The position numbers were made by a program, and so were the translations under genes. The notes beneath the pieces were generated by a model. It saw only the letters and a list, made by a program, of their open reading frames with translations. It had not been told where the DNA came from and searched no databases. From contig JAQGDQ010000949.1 of the NCBI GenBank assembly GCA_030141605.1, forward strand, positions 1 through 64,000: DNA of 64,000 bases, read 5' to 3'. Positions 38,351 through 51,500 of the stretch are shown here, piece after piece (the stretch's first letter is position 1; every line of letters starts with the position of its first letter). The stretch is from Tubiluchus corallicola (taxonomy: Eukaryota; Animalia; Priapulida).

Positions 38351-39239
38351 TTGGCCTTGGCAACAAGTTCTTCATAGTGCCTCAACGTTTGAACAAATAT
38401 ACTTATAAGTAACATGTCACGAAGCATGTGATGTAATAAGAAAAACTAAAGACTTACCATCATAAATCGCACAAAAAGTTTGAGGGTTTCAAAGCTTATG
38501 TGAGCAAACTTTAACTCACGTTTCTATTATTGGATGCGATAGAACATGTTTTTGCAACCCATGTCAACAGCTTTAGTCTCCAATGGACACTTTTTTTTGC
38601 TGAAGATAAATCTAGTCCTCTTGAAGCATCTTATCTTTTTTGCACTGCAGAAAGCCGGTATACTTTTCATTACCGATACGAAATCCTTATAATTGTGCAT
38701 TTTTGCAGGGTTTGATCTTTCTTGATCTTTTGTTGATAACTGTCAATTAACATTCTCCCCAATTGAATGGTTTTACACACTTTATATATATATATATATA
38801 TATATATACATACATATATATTAATTTTTTATTTGTCATTAAAATGGTTCACTCAATATAACAAAATTGAGTAAGTCTCAGCATAATGTTAAAATAACAA
38901 CACTGTTCAAGACAAATGCGTCCAGTGAATACTAAAAAAACTAAAGTGCAAAACTATATACAATAAATGAACATATTTACAAACACCATAGTAAAATATT
39001 TTTACAAAACAATATTACAAAAGTACATTAAATTTTACATGACATATTTTACACTATATATACATTTGACATGACACAATTAACAGAAACATGCTTTACA
39101 TTATATAAATTTCACTCATTACATTTACACTATTTATACATTTGACATTACAAAACTAACATAACACGTACTACATTACATAATTTAAAAAAAAAATCAT
39201 TTTTATTCGTTATATGGAGTCAGGGGCGGGGGTAGATGA

Positions 39240-39420
39240 AAGTTGAGTCTGTGTAATTAGTATCAGATGCACAATGTGGAAGTTGAAACCTGTTATATTG
39301 ATATTCTTTTAATTTCTTTTTAAAGTGGCGGAGAGATGCTATTTGTTTTACTTCACTGGGTAGTAAGTTCCATAAATGTATGGCCTGTTTTGATATAGAG
39401 TTATTTCCAAATTTATTGTT
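39240..39420 (-). mobile_element. L2/CR1-type LINE 3' end fragment
   Basis: Minus strand reads FGNNSISKQAIHLWNLLPSEVKQIASLRHFKKEIK, a typical ORF2 C-terminus. Confidence 0.6.
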
Positions 39421-40374
39421 TACTGTAATTTACTTTAAATTGTATGTTAAAGCAAATTACAGTAAACAATAAATTTGGAAATGTTTACACCTATTTGTTA
39501 AAGCCTCAGTCTATTGTTTTAACAATGTACTTTGAGACATGTTAAGCTATGGGTTTGGAAAAGTTTAACTCAATTGTTAGATACAACTCTCTCTGAAATT
39601 ATTGTAAATCTAAGTTTTTCCTGTCGTCAGTGCAAGTATTTCAGTGTTTCATCCATTTACCATAAAACTTCTCAGTAATATCTCCCTTTGTCATTTTGTT
39701 AATTCTGCAGACTGTCCATAAAATGTGGTGCTTTGAACGACGTCTGGTTTTTATTTTTGCAGTTTCAGTCATGTCTATTAAAAAGCAATAAATTATACAA
39801 GTTTTTGTATGTTTGCTAATCTACATTTTAGAGAGGCTATGCTAGAAATTTTGGGAATACTTCCCTTTTTTAGGAAAAATAAAACATTTTCCTTCTCTTT
39901 GGTGTTGTAAATAGAAACTTCTATTTTACCAAGTGCATCGAGCCATTATACACATTTTGTACAGTGCTAAATTGACGTGTTCAAGCCAAAGTTAAGAAAC
40001 AGATATTATTCATTGTTAAATATTTCTGTGGAAAAAAGCGAAGTTTTTTATTTTCTTGGGGCAAATGAAGACAATGAGGTACAAATCTGAAATCCTCACT
40101 GTCAAAATTCATTGAGGCATCTTTGGAGGAATCTGAAATACGATTTGGAGATAGTGTTTTTCACTCCAACCTAACATTTATTACATAGTATTAGTGTTTG
40201 TTTGAATAAACGAAACAAGCTCGTTCAGAAATAATTTCATTTAAAACACAACGTTTGAATAAAAACATCATAGCAACTTTGATCTTTGTGGCTTATCAGC
40301 TTGCACATTGACCTTATAAAGTGATTCTTTCACTTACTTGCTTGCTTATGATACCAGAAATTATTAAACGTAAT

Positions 40375-41292
40375 TCATTCAATGTTTTTTCGTTTAAATA
40401 CCACGTCGTGACCATATTCTTCTTTACCAGGTGGTAAAATCCCAACTTCTTCATAAATTCCTGTCAATCGCATAAACCTGCGAATACTTTCTAATTTTGT
40501 CAAAGTGAAATTCTTATCAGTATGTGTACCATTTCTAGAAAAGTATTCAATCGTCAAAACATCAATTGTAAGTTTGTCAAATGGAATTGTTCGTAGGACA
40601 TCAAGTTCTGGACCTCCAATGTCTAGAGAAAAATAATCAATATGCATCTGGTTCAGAGCTAGCATTACAGAATATAAAGGAAAACACTGAACAGTTTCTA
40701 CATCTACAAATCCTTTGAAATGTTTCTTCGCTCTTTTGTCACGGTTTTGATCTGTTGTATTTACAAGACCTCCAAACTCGGCAGCCATCATAAAGTTCAA
40801 TTTACTTGTTTTTTTGTTTGGGCTTAGGCAAGCAGTTAAGAAATATGCGTTTCGCTTTTGTTTTAATAGTTTTTCAAACATTTTCGGATTTGGTTCAATC
40901 AAAACTCCTGTCCAGCCACGATTTCTTTCAAAAAATAGTGTATTTGGAATTGTTCCATCAAAAGCACCAGCTTCCACATAAAATCCATCTTTTCTTTGTT
41001 TAAGTAATTTGTCTACAAGTGAGGACTGCCTCAACTGTGACGTGTCCTCAACAATGTCTGTTAAAGGTTTCTCTGATGGTCCAATTATCCAGTGTTTTCT
41101 TATATGATCCACTTGTTTTTCATCATCGAGTGCTGCACTTCCATATTGAAGGCGCAGAATATCTTCTGCACTGTCAAAGCTACCTGCTCTTTTGTGCAAC
41201 GAATCCGGTTTGTTATTTATATATTTAACAATTACAATTTCAGTAGTAATTACTGTTACCAAAATAACGTAATAAGAATAGCGTACAGTCAT
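40375..41292 (-). CDS. FkbM/Methyltransf_21 (Star-like) methyltransferase, type II membrane, copy 2 (305 aa, intronless)
   Basis: ATG at 41292. Hydrophobic YYVILVTVITTEIVIV; GFYVEAGAFDG; RGWTGVLIEPNP; VQCFPLYSVMLAL; IDYFSLDIGGPELDVL. Roughly three-quarters identical to copy 1 in the catalytic part (by eye). Confidence 0.88.
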   Translation of the reverse strand: MTVRYSYYVILVTVITTEIVIVKYINNKPDSLHKRAGSFDSAEDILRLQYGSAALDDEKQVDHIRKHWIIGPSEKPLTDIVEDTSQLRQSSLVDKLLKQRKDGFYVEAGAFDGTIPNTLFFERNRGWTGVLIEPNPKMFEKLLKQKRNAYFLTACLSPNKKTSKLNFMMAAEFGGLVNTTDQNRDKRAKKHFKGFVDVETVQCFPLYSVMLALNQMHIDYFSLDIGGPELDVLRTIPFDKLTIDVLTIEYFSRNGTHTDKNFTLTKLESIRRFMRLTGIYEEVGILPPGKEEYGHDVVFKRKNIE

Positions 41293-42139
41293 TGTAAAAC
41301 GCGTATAAATTAAGCACAAACCTGGATTCGGTTTATAAAACACAATAAATCGCTTTGTGTTTTATACGTTGGGCTTAGCCACTACTAGTCAGCTTTCCTT
41401 ACCCTTGCGTGATCACGGTAACAGTGATAAACGTTGTCTTGTATGTATGCGCTTAATATTCTCTGGATACACTATTGTAATATAATACTATCTAATCTAA
41501 TATAATACTAACACTAATCTAATATAATAATATAATACTGTAAATTAAACCTGACTGTAAAGCGCGGGAAAACCCTTTACTTAGATAAAGCTAAAAACTC
41601 GTCTTAAAGTTTTGTATCACCGAAATTGAAAACGAGACAAATTTAATTGATAAAAAGTTTAAACAGTTGACTTTTGCTACTGTTTTTCAGTTCGTTTGGC
41701 TTTTCTTCGACACAGCGACATAATAACAATGATTGTAGTTCCTTTCTTATGACAGACCTGTTTGGATCCTGATGAAAATATTCAAAAAATGATTTTGATT
41801 ATCATTCTACACAAGACAAGCCATGCGTATTTACCAAAGTTCCATAGTCACCAGTTTGGCTGTCTGTGCAAGTGTGCATGGCGAAAATGCGTCTTAGCGT
41901 GGTCGCATTTTAAAATATTTCTTGACTATCATGCACGATTTGTAATTAACTCAGCAATGTAGTTCCTGCCGACGAATAAACCGTATTGCAATGTGCAGCA
42001 AATTTATTATCACAAGATATTTAAATGTTGCGACTGTCTAAATATACATGTTTTTGATCAGTGCCAAACAACATGATATTAGTTCTGCCCAGATTCAAAG
42101 CTAATTCGCGACGCGCTGCTCTGTTGCCTACTTTTCTAA

Positions 42140-42220
42140 TTGCAACGAGACCATTTGTGGAAGATCGCTGATATACAAAGTAAATAAAAGTGGGCAGACA
42201 ACTGAACCCTGGGGAACTTA
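42140..42220 (-). mobile_element. Short LINE RT fragment
   Basis: Minus strand reads VPQGSVVCPLLFTLYISDLP. Confidence 0.6.
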
Positions 42221-42670
42221 AATTTCGATATTATTAGGCTGTGATGTTGTGCTTTGATAGATGCTGCTCTCTTCCAAAAAGGTGATCATAAAACCAACAG
42301 TAATCTGTTTAGAAACGAATATAATTGTTAATTTATTTATCGCAAATTCATATTTAAATATCGACGTTTTTCTAAGCAAAAGAAGAATAAGTGTACAGCT
42401 TTTGCAGAGGTTTCTTACTATGCGCATTTTAATTTATTATTTTAGTTTATTATAGATATCAATTGCATAAAAATAACGCTTTTGCCATTTTCACGTGCCA
42501 CGCCATTTTTGCCTGTGACATTTTTACCTGTACGCAAATACACTGAATAGATGGCGAGCAAACAAAACAAATCTACATTTGACAATGTAGAAATAGGTTT
42601 TAAGCTTATAGGGCATGCATAATAATGTTAACTATTTGAAGACAGAAAATCATTGTGCTGCTTTTCTCAG

Positions 42671-42782
42671 AATTTTAAGGGCTGCAGAAGAGCCACTCTG
42701 GTCGTCCATCAAGCTGCTGTTTGTGGTGTGCTTCTGAGTTTTAGTTTCATACTTGCAATGAGACACTCTGAGTTGAAACAGG
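42671..42782 (+). CDS. Candidate upstream (transmembrane) exon of the multi-exon GXYLT-like gene
   Basis: Hydrophobic AAVCGVLLSFSFILAM ending CAG G|GTAAGT in phase 1, compatible with the 45524 acceptor. No in-frame ATG upstream of the hydrophobic segment, so tentative. Confidence 0.35.
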
Positions 42783-43679
42783 GTAAGTCAGTTTTATCAC
42801 CATTACCTCTCTTTGTTTCTCCCTTTCTCTTTTCAGCACGTTTTCAGTCTTTATTGACCATTTGCATTTGTGCATTATAATTACATAACAAAGCAGCTTA
42901 GAGCAATAACAATGCTGCACTATGCATCAAATCACGAAATTCGTCACTTTGTAGCAATTTTACGTGACTGTTTAACAATATTGCATCATTATGTGACAAA
43001 AACAGTGCATCGTCTAGCAAGATGGCCTTGTTATGGGACTGAAAATGTCAGCGAACTGGTTCAATTTCTTTGTGCTCTAAATGCCGGTTTGACTCTGTCT
43101 CGTTCTGGTCTACTCAGTGAATATAATCGCAAAGTATTAATGAGAAATTAAACAAACAATTATCTCGTGCTATATTTTACACCATTGCTCCACAAATTTC
43201 CAAGGAACTTACATACGAATGCAGAAAGGTGCTTTATTGTTTATTGTCCAAACTATGCCTCAGATTTTCTGCAGTGTTTGTTAGAGCGTTAATGGTTGAA
43301 TGGTGTTTAGAGAAGCCAAACTGATGTTTTTATAGAAGCTTGTGTTTATTTACGAAAGAACTTACTGAATCATATAGTTTTCTTTCATAAATTTGCCAAA
43401 ACAATGTATTACGGAAATTGGGTTCTAATTCATGGGGTCATACGTTGAATCTTCATTGTGGATCATAGTCACGTTTTGCCTTTTTATATACGGTAGGAAA
43501 TTTGCCTTTCATAAGTATCTGACTAATGTAAGACAGTAAGAATTTTGATGGGAATGTCACATGGTCCACTATGCTGAAATTTAGAACAGAGATGTTTTGT
43601 CATTGTAGTATTTTTCTCCTCGAAACCAATGCGAATCAATATAAAACTGACTATGCGGGAAACGTAATTAGACAAATAA

Positions 43680-43880
43680 AACTCCTTATCTCCAGGATGT
43701 CACAAATCGGATTTGATTGTACCTTCTTATAAATGAAACAAAATTGTCTCAAAGATAGAGATTGATGTGTAAAGTTAGATACAATCAACTTTTCAGACTT
43801 GGCCACGTTAAACAGAGGTATTCCACAAGGAACATTACTTGGTCCGTTATTATTTTGCCTTTATTTAAACAATATATCTA
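43680..43880 (+). mobile_element. LINE RT fragment
   Basis: NRGIPQGTLLGPLLFCLYLNNI. Confidence 0.65.
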
Positions 43881-45523
43881 ATATCTTTCTATAATAGGAG
43901 TTAATTCTTCAACTTTGTGTGACTTTTAGTAATTAGATTTTGACTGTGAATATCAGGATGAAGCCAGGTCTGGAAATAAGTCTTTGCGCTTTTGAAATTT
44001 GTCAATGACATTGTCATTAATGAACAAAACTACAGCTTTTATGAAACAACTAATCTAACTAATTAGATTTTTACTGTGAATACCAGAATGTTCTTAAACC
44101 ATTGGAGTTTATTTCTCCCATTGGTGTAATAAGTAGAAGAAAGAAAGGAGACGCTGAAAAATTCCTCACCAGTCGAAACTTGAACACAAGATGATGGCTT
44201 TAAACAATTCATTTCTCTCAGCTATTGCTAAATTTGTGTGGATGTGATAATAAGTACATAGTGAGCAGATTTATTTCACAAAATTAATAGGAGAATGGAA
44301 AATGCTTGCCGTGAAAATTGATTTTATCTACTGGAGACTTCTAAATTAACAAAAAGCACCAATTTTATAGTCCTTAAAAATCCATTCTGGACAACGTAAT
44401 GTGGCTAGAGGTTTTCACACTAACATTGCTGCTGTCAGCTACCCTTATAGTAGTTAGATGGGTGAGTGACAGGAGGCATTAGCTGGGAATGACTTGGGTG
44501 AAATTCGTTTAAATAAGACATTAGACTTGGTCAGATAACCTAATTAAGCTGAATTACAGATATGGGTATACTTGGCTAGGTGCTACACAAGGGCAAGAAA
44601 GTAATAGAAAAACAAGAAATTCAAAAATTAACAAATTTATAAGTTTACCATTTGAAACGTTACATGATAGAAAAAGTATGTACATAATTAAGGAAGGCGG
44701 TTACACGAGACTTCAGAAGACATTTACTGCTGAGCAGATGCCATGATGTTGTTAATGGCGTTGGATGCTGTTGTTTGAAGTTCATGTTACCTTATCCATT
44801 TTGCAATGATTTCTCTTTAAGGGGCCAAGCGAGGACTGACAGATGTCGTGTTCACTCGCACTTTTATACCTTAGGTTCTTATAGCGAGCCTCTGCAGTTA
44901 TGAAAGATTTGCTCTGTTTCGTGAGATTGCCATTATTTTACTCGCGAATACCTTTACACATTTCTATTTCTTGGCGTGACGTGATAATTTATTTTATTCT
45001 TTTTCATATTTGTTGATGGCCCATAACGTTCATTCGATACGCAGTTAAACTTTTCACAGTTCCAGGGATTAACGATGATCTTGAAAGGGCTAAAGGTTAA
45101 GTGTAGCAGACAATGCATTTGTGTACATTTCGGTACAGATGCTATGTTAATGCTAACAGCTTTAGCAACTAGCTAAAGCCTTGCCTAGTACATTTTTGTC
45201 CCAAAGCAAAATCCAGGCAATAAATCGGTCTACACAGTGTTACACACAGACTAATGCATAATCAGATAAAGTTCACGTAAAACAACTGACGTTACTGATC
45301 TTTGCGGCAGACAGCTTTCATTTACCCACATGTCACGCGACAGTTGCACTGTTTCTATGGTACATTTAACCTTTGACCTGCACCAACTGAGCATAACTGT
45401 GAAAAGGCTTATTCTATTGATTTCCTGCATCATTCGTCCAATGCGCAACAGGTGGTGACACCAGAGTGGCCAGCACAGCTACATTTATAGCCCACTTTAC
45501 ACTAATTGTCTAGGAATTTGCAG

Positions 45524-48500
45524 GTTTGGACGTAGCAATCACACTTCTGGGAAGAGATTCTACTCACATGGAGCAAGCAATGAACACAATAAAATCTGCT
45601 CTAATGGTAACATCAGTGCCATTGAGATTTCACATTATTTGTGACAATGATGACACTAAATCAGAGCTACTACAAAATGTAAATAACGTAAGTTAGAACA
45701 ACGCATTAGTGATTATTAAATCAGATAGAAAAGCTAAACATTTTGGCATTTTTCTTAAAACCTGAATTCTGTTTTCTAAATGCTTAAATGTAAACAATAA
45801 ATCTATGCTGCTTCTTCAAGGACTTTTAATTGAATCACTTTTCTATAAATTATAATAGACGTATCTCCTTATTATCACTCCTGTCAGAAATATTTGAAAA
45901 AATTATGTATAGCAAGCTTGAGAAAATCGTTAGTACTAACAATTTACTGTCAAAGTATCAATTTGGATTCAAATAAAAACATTCTACATCTTTAGCAGTT
46001 TCCGAGCTTGTAGATTATTTACCCGAACAGTTCGACAGAAAAAATGTAACGTGTGGTATATTCCTAGATCTATCTTTGATAAGGTTCAACGTTCAATTTT
46101 ACTAAACAAACTCGAGCATTATGGAATAAGAGGATTGGCATTTTCTTTTTTGCATCATATCTTGCTAACAGCAAACAGTTCAACGTAGTAAATGATATAC
46201 ACTCAAAATCCCTACCTATAAGTCACGGCATATGCCAAGGATCCACACTCTCACCTCTGCTAGACCTAATACACATTAACGACTTACCTAAGTTTTAAAA
46301 AAAGACTTTTGATACTAACCTTTTCGTTTTCAAAACTAATCTAACAGATTAGCAGACATCAGGTATTGATGAACTAAATAAGGTAAACCCTAAACAACTT
46401 AGATGAATGCTAATAAATTAACACTCAATCACAAAAAAACTAAGTTTTTGGTAATCGAGCAAACACAAATGAAACCGGACATTCACAGGCCAGGGAAATT
46501 GTGTCCAAAGATAAATAACCAATGTTTAGATGAAGTTACTAGTATCAAATATTTGGGCCCTTTTGTTGATCCAACACATAATTTACAAAACTGGTAAACA
46601 AAAAGGTGTTATATCGAAATTTAGACATTTTGTAGACTTAAGCACACTCACAGTAATATATTACGTACTAATTTATGCTCCAGTACAGTAACTTGGCATT
46701 TGGGGTTTGTCCCTACAGAATTTGATTACGTGACGAAATGAAATAGTTAAGATAATTACGTTTGCTAAATTTAGAGATCATTTTCTCTCCTTCTAATGCT
46801 AATCTCAGTTTACTCAAATTGTCTGACATATTTAAATTAGAACTTGCAAAACGTATGTTTAAATTTGAACAACAAATGCTTCCTGACCTATATGCAAATA
46901 ATTTTACCACTGTTGCTAATGTACGTACATATTATACCAGGTTGCGGAAAGTAATTTTTATTATGTTAAACGTTTTAATACTCCACTGGGTAAAAAAATC
47001 ACTAAAGTGCCAATGTGTAAAACTGTGGAGCTCGTTACCAACTCATAACACATACCCTCAGTATATTAACCAAAACAGATGTAAAACAGATGTAAAAATA
47101 TGTAAAAGAGATGTTAGCTTACGTCATCAATGTTACAAAAATAAATGTTAATCAAATAAGTTTTATTTTGACTTGTTTCCTTTCATTTCGCAGATTTTGT
47201 TATGCTTCTTTACTAACCAGATTTGTCGTTCTATGGATGCCAACTGTTCTACATTTTTATTGTAGTCTAGAGTTATTTTGAATTATCTTGAATTGCTTCA
47301 CTTGACAGATTTTAACTTTATTTCAAAGATTTTTTTGCTGTGTAAAACTGAACATGCTGCACATATATTGAGTGGAATTCTCATTTATCATTGTCAAAAG
47401 GTCCTGGTTTTATTTTAATTTACTCTTTATTTATTTCCAGTTATCTCATTTGATTTTCTTTTGTCTTTACTTTATACTTTATCGTTACATATTGCACAAA
47501 TTTGAGTTTTATGCAAGTATTTACTTTCATAATTACCGTTCTCATATACAACCTGCTGCTTCTCAAATGTTATGTTATGTCCTTATTATTACTATCAAGA
47601 AATCTACTATCAAGAGTAATGCAGGGAGCATAAACTTTGTGAATCAAAAGTTATGGATCACTTCCTTACTACCGGGCGGGATGGTCCTTGTTGTTGCTTG
47701 GTGCTAATTTATAAGATCACTGATGATGCAGGGCATAGTGTCCCTAAGGCAGATGTATTCTGAACTGTTCAAGCTCTTTTATCTGCGGTTTACTTTCTAA
47801 TAAATTATTTGTGATTATTATGGTATAATAAATTAGTTGAAAGTTGAGTGTAAAGAACTTTTACTATTAACTAAAAAATACTAAATTAAGTCTCCATCAC
47901 ACTGGTTGATACAGATGCGAAGATACAAATTATATAATTGTGAATACTTAAATCTAGTGTGAACAATTGCAGTCATTCGGCTAAATCATATGTTCTGTTA
48001 ACATCAGCTATGTTATATCAAATGTGTTTTAGCTAACAGCACAGAGAAGCAAGAAAAATGTCAGTCTGAACTTCTATGGAATAGATGCAGTACCACCAGA
48101 ATGGATAGATTTTTTCAGACGTGGAGCTGCTGTTAGGCTATTTCTCACAGTAAGCTTTAAACTTAGTAGTAAGCTAAGCGAATTATTACATTTTCTGTTA
48201 CGCAATTGCTTTTGCAAATTACAAGTTTCAAATCTAGGTGTTTTTGCGAATCTAAATGTTAAAATATAATAAACGTGTTATGAATTACAAATTTGTTATA
48301 TTAGAACTGAACTGAGAGAAAGAGTGATGTGTGCTTTTTTGTTGTTGTTAAACTTCTTTGTGTTTTTAAAATTGACAATGCACTTCAAAGTTTGTTATAA
48401 GGGGATAAGTGAGATTATCCTAAAAATTTTGTACCCAGTGTTGAATAGCTGTAGCAACAACAACAATAATAACAACAGTAAGATGGTGATTAATTTCATA

Positions 48501-51500
48501 GATGTTAATCACTAATTTATGGCGCATTCAGACATAGAATTTTCTCGCAACTTTCTGCGTAGCTTCCTCCTGAGAGTAAATCTGCAGGTGTGAATGGCTT
48601 GATAACTTCTCTTGCAACGTGTTCTGCAACTTCATCCTGTGAGTAAACTCACAGGTGTGAACGGCTTGGCAACTTCTCTAATAACATGTCTCCCAACATC
48701 TGTGAGTTAACTGCCAGAGAGAAGTTGCAGAAGTTGCTGCGAGAGAAGTCTCTATGCTGAACTCGCCATTACACTAAGCCAAGAACTCTGTATGTATATA
48801 TAAAGATCAACATGGTTCTCTAGCTAGTTGTTTTGACGTTGCATATCTATTTTTTGGTGTTGTCTCAACTTGAAACAATTTCACCTACTACCACACCGTG
48901 ATTACGGAGATGTTCCAAACGGACAAAAATAGATAATTTCTACTAGTAGCGTTTAAGTTATATGAATACTACTTGGTCTGGACCTGAATTCATATCTTTG
49001 CTTTTCTGATGTAAACTTTGGAATTTTCTGCCATCCCAGGTTAAACATACCAGGTCCCTATCTTAAAATCCCTTAAAATCACTAATATTAGCTAAATATT
49101 AAATAATACCACACCACACGCACACCAATTCTGAATTTCTATGCAAGCGGTCATATTAACTAAATGAATCTTAACTTTAATTTTTCTTAATAGTTGTAAA
49201 TACATTTTAATTTAATTCTTCACGTATTTTTGTTTCTACTCTTTTCATTACTGCACTGTAGTTTAGATTGCAGTGCCGTATTTCCCACTAACAGTGTTTT
49301 ATTACTTTTATTAATAAAACTAATTGATCAACAATTTAGATCAAATGATTATCAATATAATTTAATGGCAATTGAAGGCTATTATGTACATACAATAACT
49401 TCTCGCTCAACGACTCCCAATATAGCGACGTTACATTTTAATGATGCTGAACATTTGACACCTTTTTTTTCATTTAACGATACACATTTCATTTTAACGA
49501 CGATGTCTTTTTTTTGCCAAAACCCAATTTTCATTTGTCAAAAACTTTTTTAAGTCTGTCAAGCCAGATCTGTGAACAAACTTTGTGCGAAGGAATTCTA
49601 TCTGCAAACTTAAAGCCAACTTTAAATAAAGATTATTACTGTTATAGATTATTATAACCTGTTCCTATAGCAACCAGATTACATGGTCGATGATACCCTG
49701 TCTTTTGCTATTGGGTGTGAATAAATTGCATAAATAAACTAAATAATACAGTGCTTCAGCATACAATGACACAGGTCACCTCATGAAGTGCTTGGCTTTG
49801 ACTCTGCAGTGTTTATTGTTTAATGGCTGCCTAAGCTTCAACCTTAATGAATCAGAAACCACTAGCTCACTACATAGGCCTACTGTAAGAAAGATAGGTG
49901 GTCTTAAACAAGCAGAAAGAAATTTAATAGAAGAAACTACAAAGAAACTCATAAAAGGTTGAATTTAGATAATTTAAGCAGCATTGATTTTTGACTCTGG
50001 AATGTATCCAAATTCTTTTACATTTAAAATGTTTCGTTTAATGACGTTTTGCTTAACATCATGAATCAAGCACTTACTACAATAACTAAAGGTGTTTTTG
50101 ACTGCATAGTTTCCTTACTTAAGTATGCGGACATTTTCCTTTTTGTTTGGTCTTGTGTTTTGGTTAAACATGCTGCAAAATTTAACTAAATGTTTGTTAA
50201 AAACTCATTGTGAAAGTCACGCCGATTAAATTTTGCATAGGATATTTTAACAAATAACACATAACTAGATTGTGGGTAAGCATCGATATCTGTTAGCCCA
50301 TCGGAAAAAGTGGAGCAAATGGTTTGTTGAATCCACTTATAACTGGTATTGCGTCATTCTAATTAATCGGCAAAAATTCCTACTTTCCATTCCAAAGTCA
50401 AAATAACAATAATGACTATCACAAAACTCACTAGAATGGCTTGGAGTAATTGTAACGAAGTGTATCTTTAGTAATGTGTGAGTTGACACGGACTATAGTC
50501 CTTCACAATATATCAAGCAGGAATAACCATTTTGAGGCATTTGGTTCTCTTAAGAGTTTTTATAACAGTTGCAATTGTAACCGGTTACTAATAATATCGT
50601 TTTTTATTGAGGTAACTGAAGGCAGGCCTATCTACAGTAAATTTTATTATATAATGTTGTAATAATCAAAGCACATTTGTAGACTAGTAAAGTATATGTA
50701 CACTGTCCCCAATGATTGTGTATCATTCTTGTCTAATCTTTCTTTGCTTATCTTTCTAGGGTGTGCATTCATCAACAACAGGTGGTAAAAACCTGAGGCT
50801 TTATTAAAAACTATTTTTAATGCATTTTTACAGGATATATTACTAACCATTGACAAGGCATTATACGTGGATGTAGATATCATTATTACAAGACCCCTCG
50901 AGCAGCTGTGGTCTTATTTTGACAAAATGAACCAAAATCAGATGTTGGGAGTTGTAATGGAAAATAATGGCAAGCCTGGCACTTTATACAAAATTAGCAG
51001 AATGAAAGGCAATCTTTTTGGGGCATCAGGTAAATTTAATATGTATTTTTGTTCATATTTTTTTAGTCAATGAGCTTACAAAGTTTCCGCGATTATCAAA
51101 TCAACACTTATGGTTTCATAAACGACTTCAGTTTTGCAAGATTATATATATATATATATGTGTTTATTGACTGATTAAGAGATAGTCGAACATTTGGTTC
51201 AGTCCATAGATCATTACAAAAAAAGGACTTTTGATCATATAACATGATCATTCCTGTCAAAAAAAAATAACTGAAGAATTATTTACACATTCTCACTACA
51301 CACTTATTATCGCCTAACATGATTATTACTGTCAAAAAAAAACAATTACAACTATACGTTGCCAACAATTGCTCAAATAACTACTTAAGCCAAAAAAATG
51401 ACAGGCTATTTTTGCTGACCAAATTCACTTGACCTCCATCTTGGCAAGAATGAATTCCATGGAAGATTTTACTTTCCTTTACTAAAGTAGATAAAGCATA

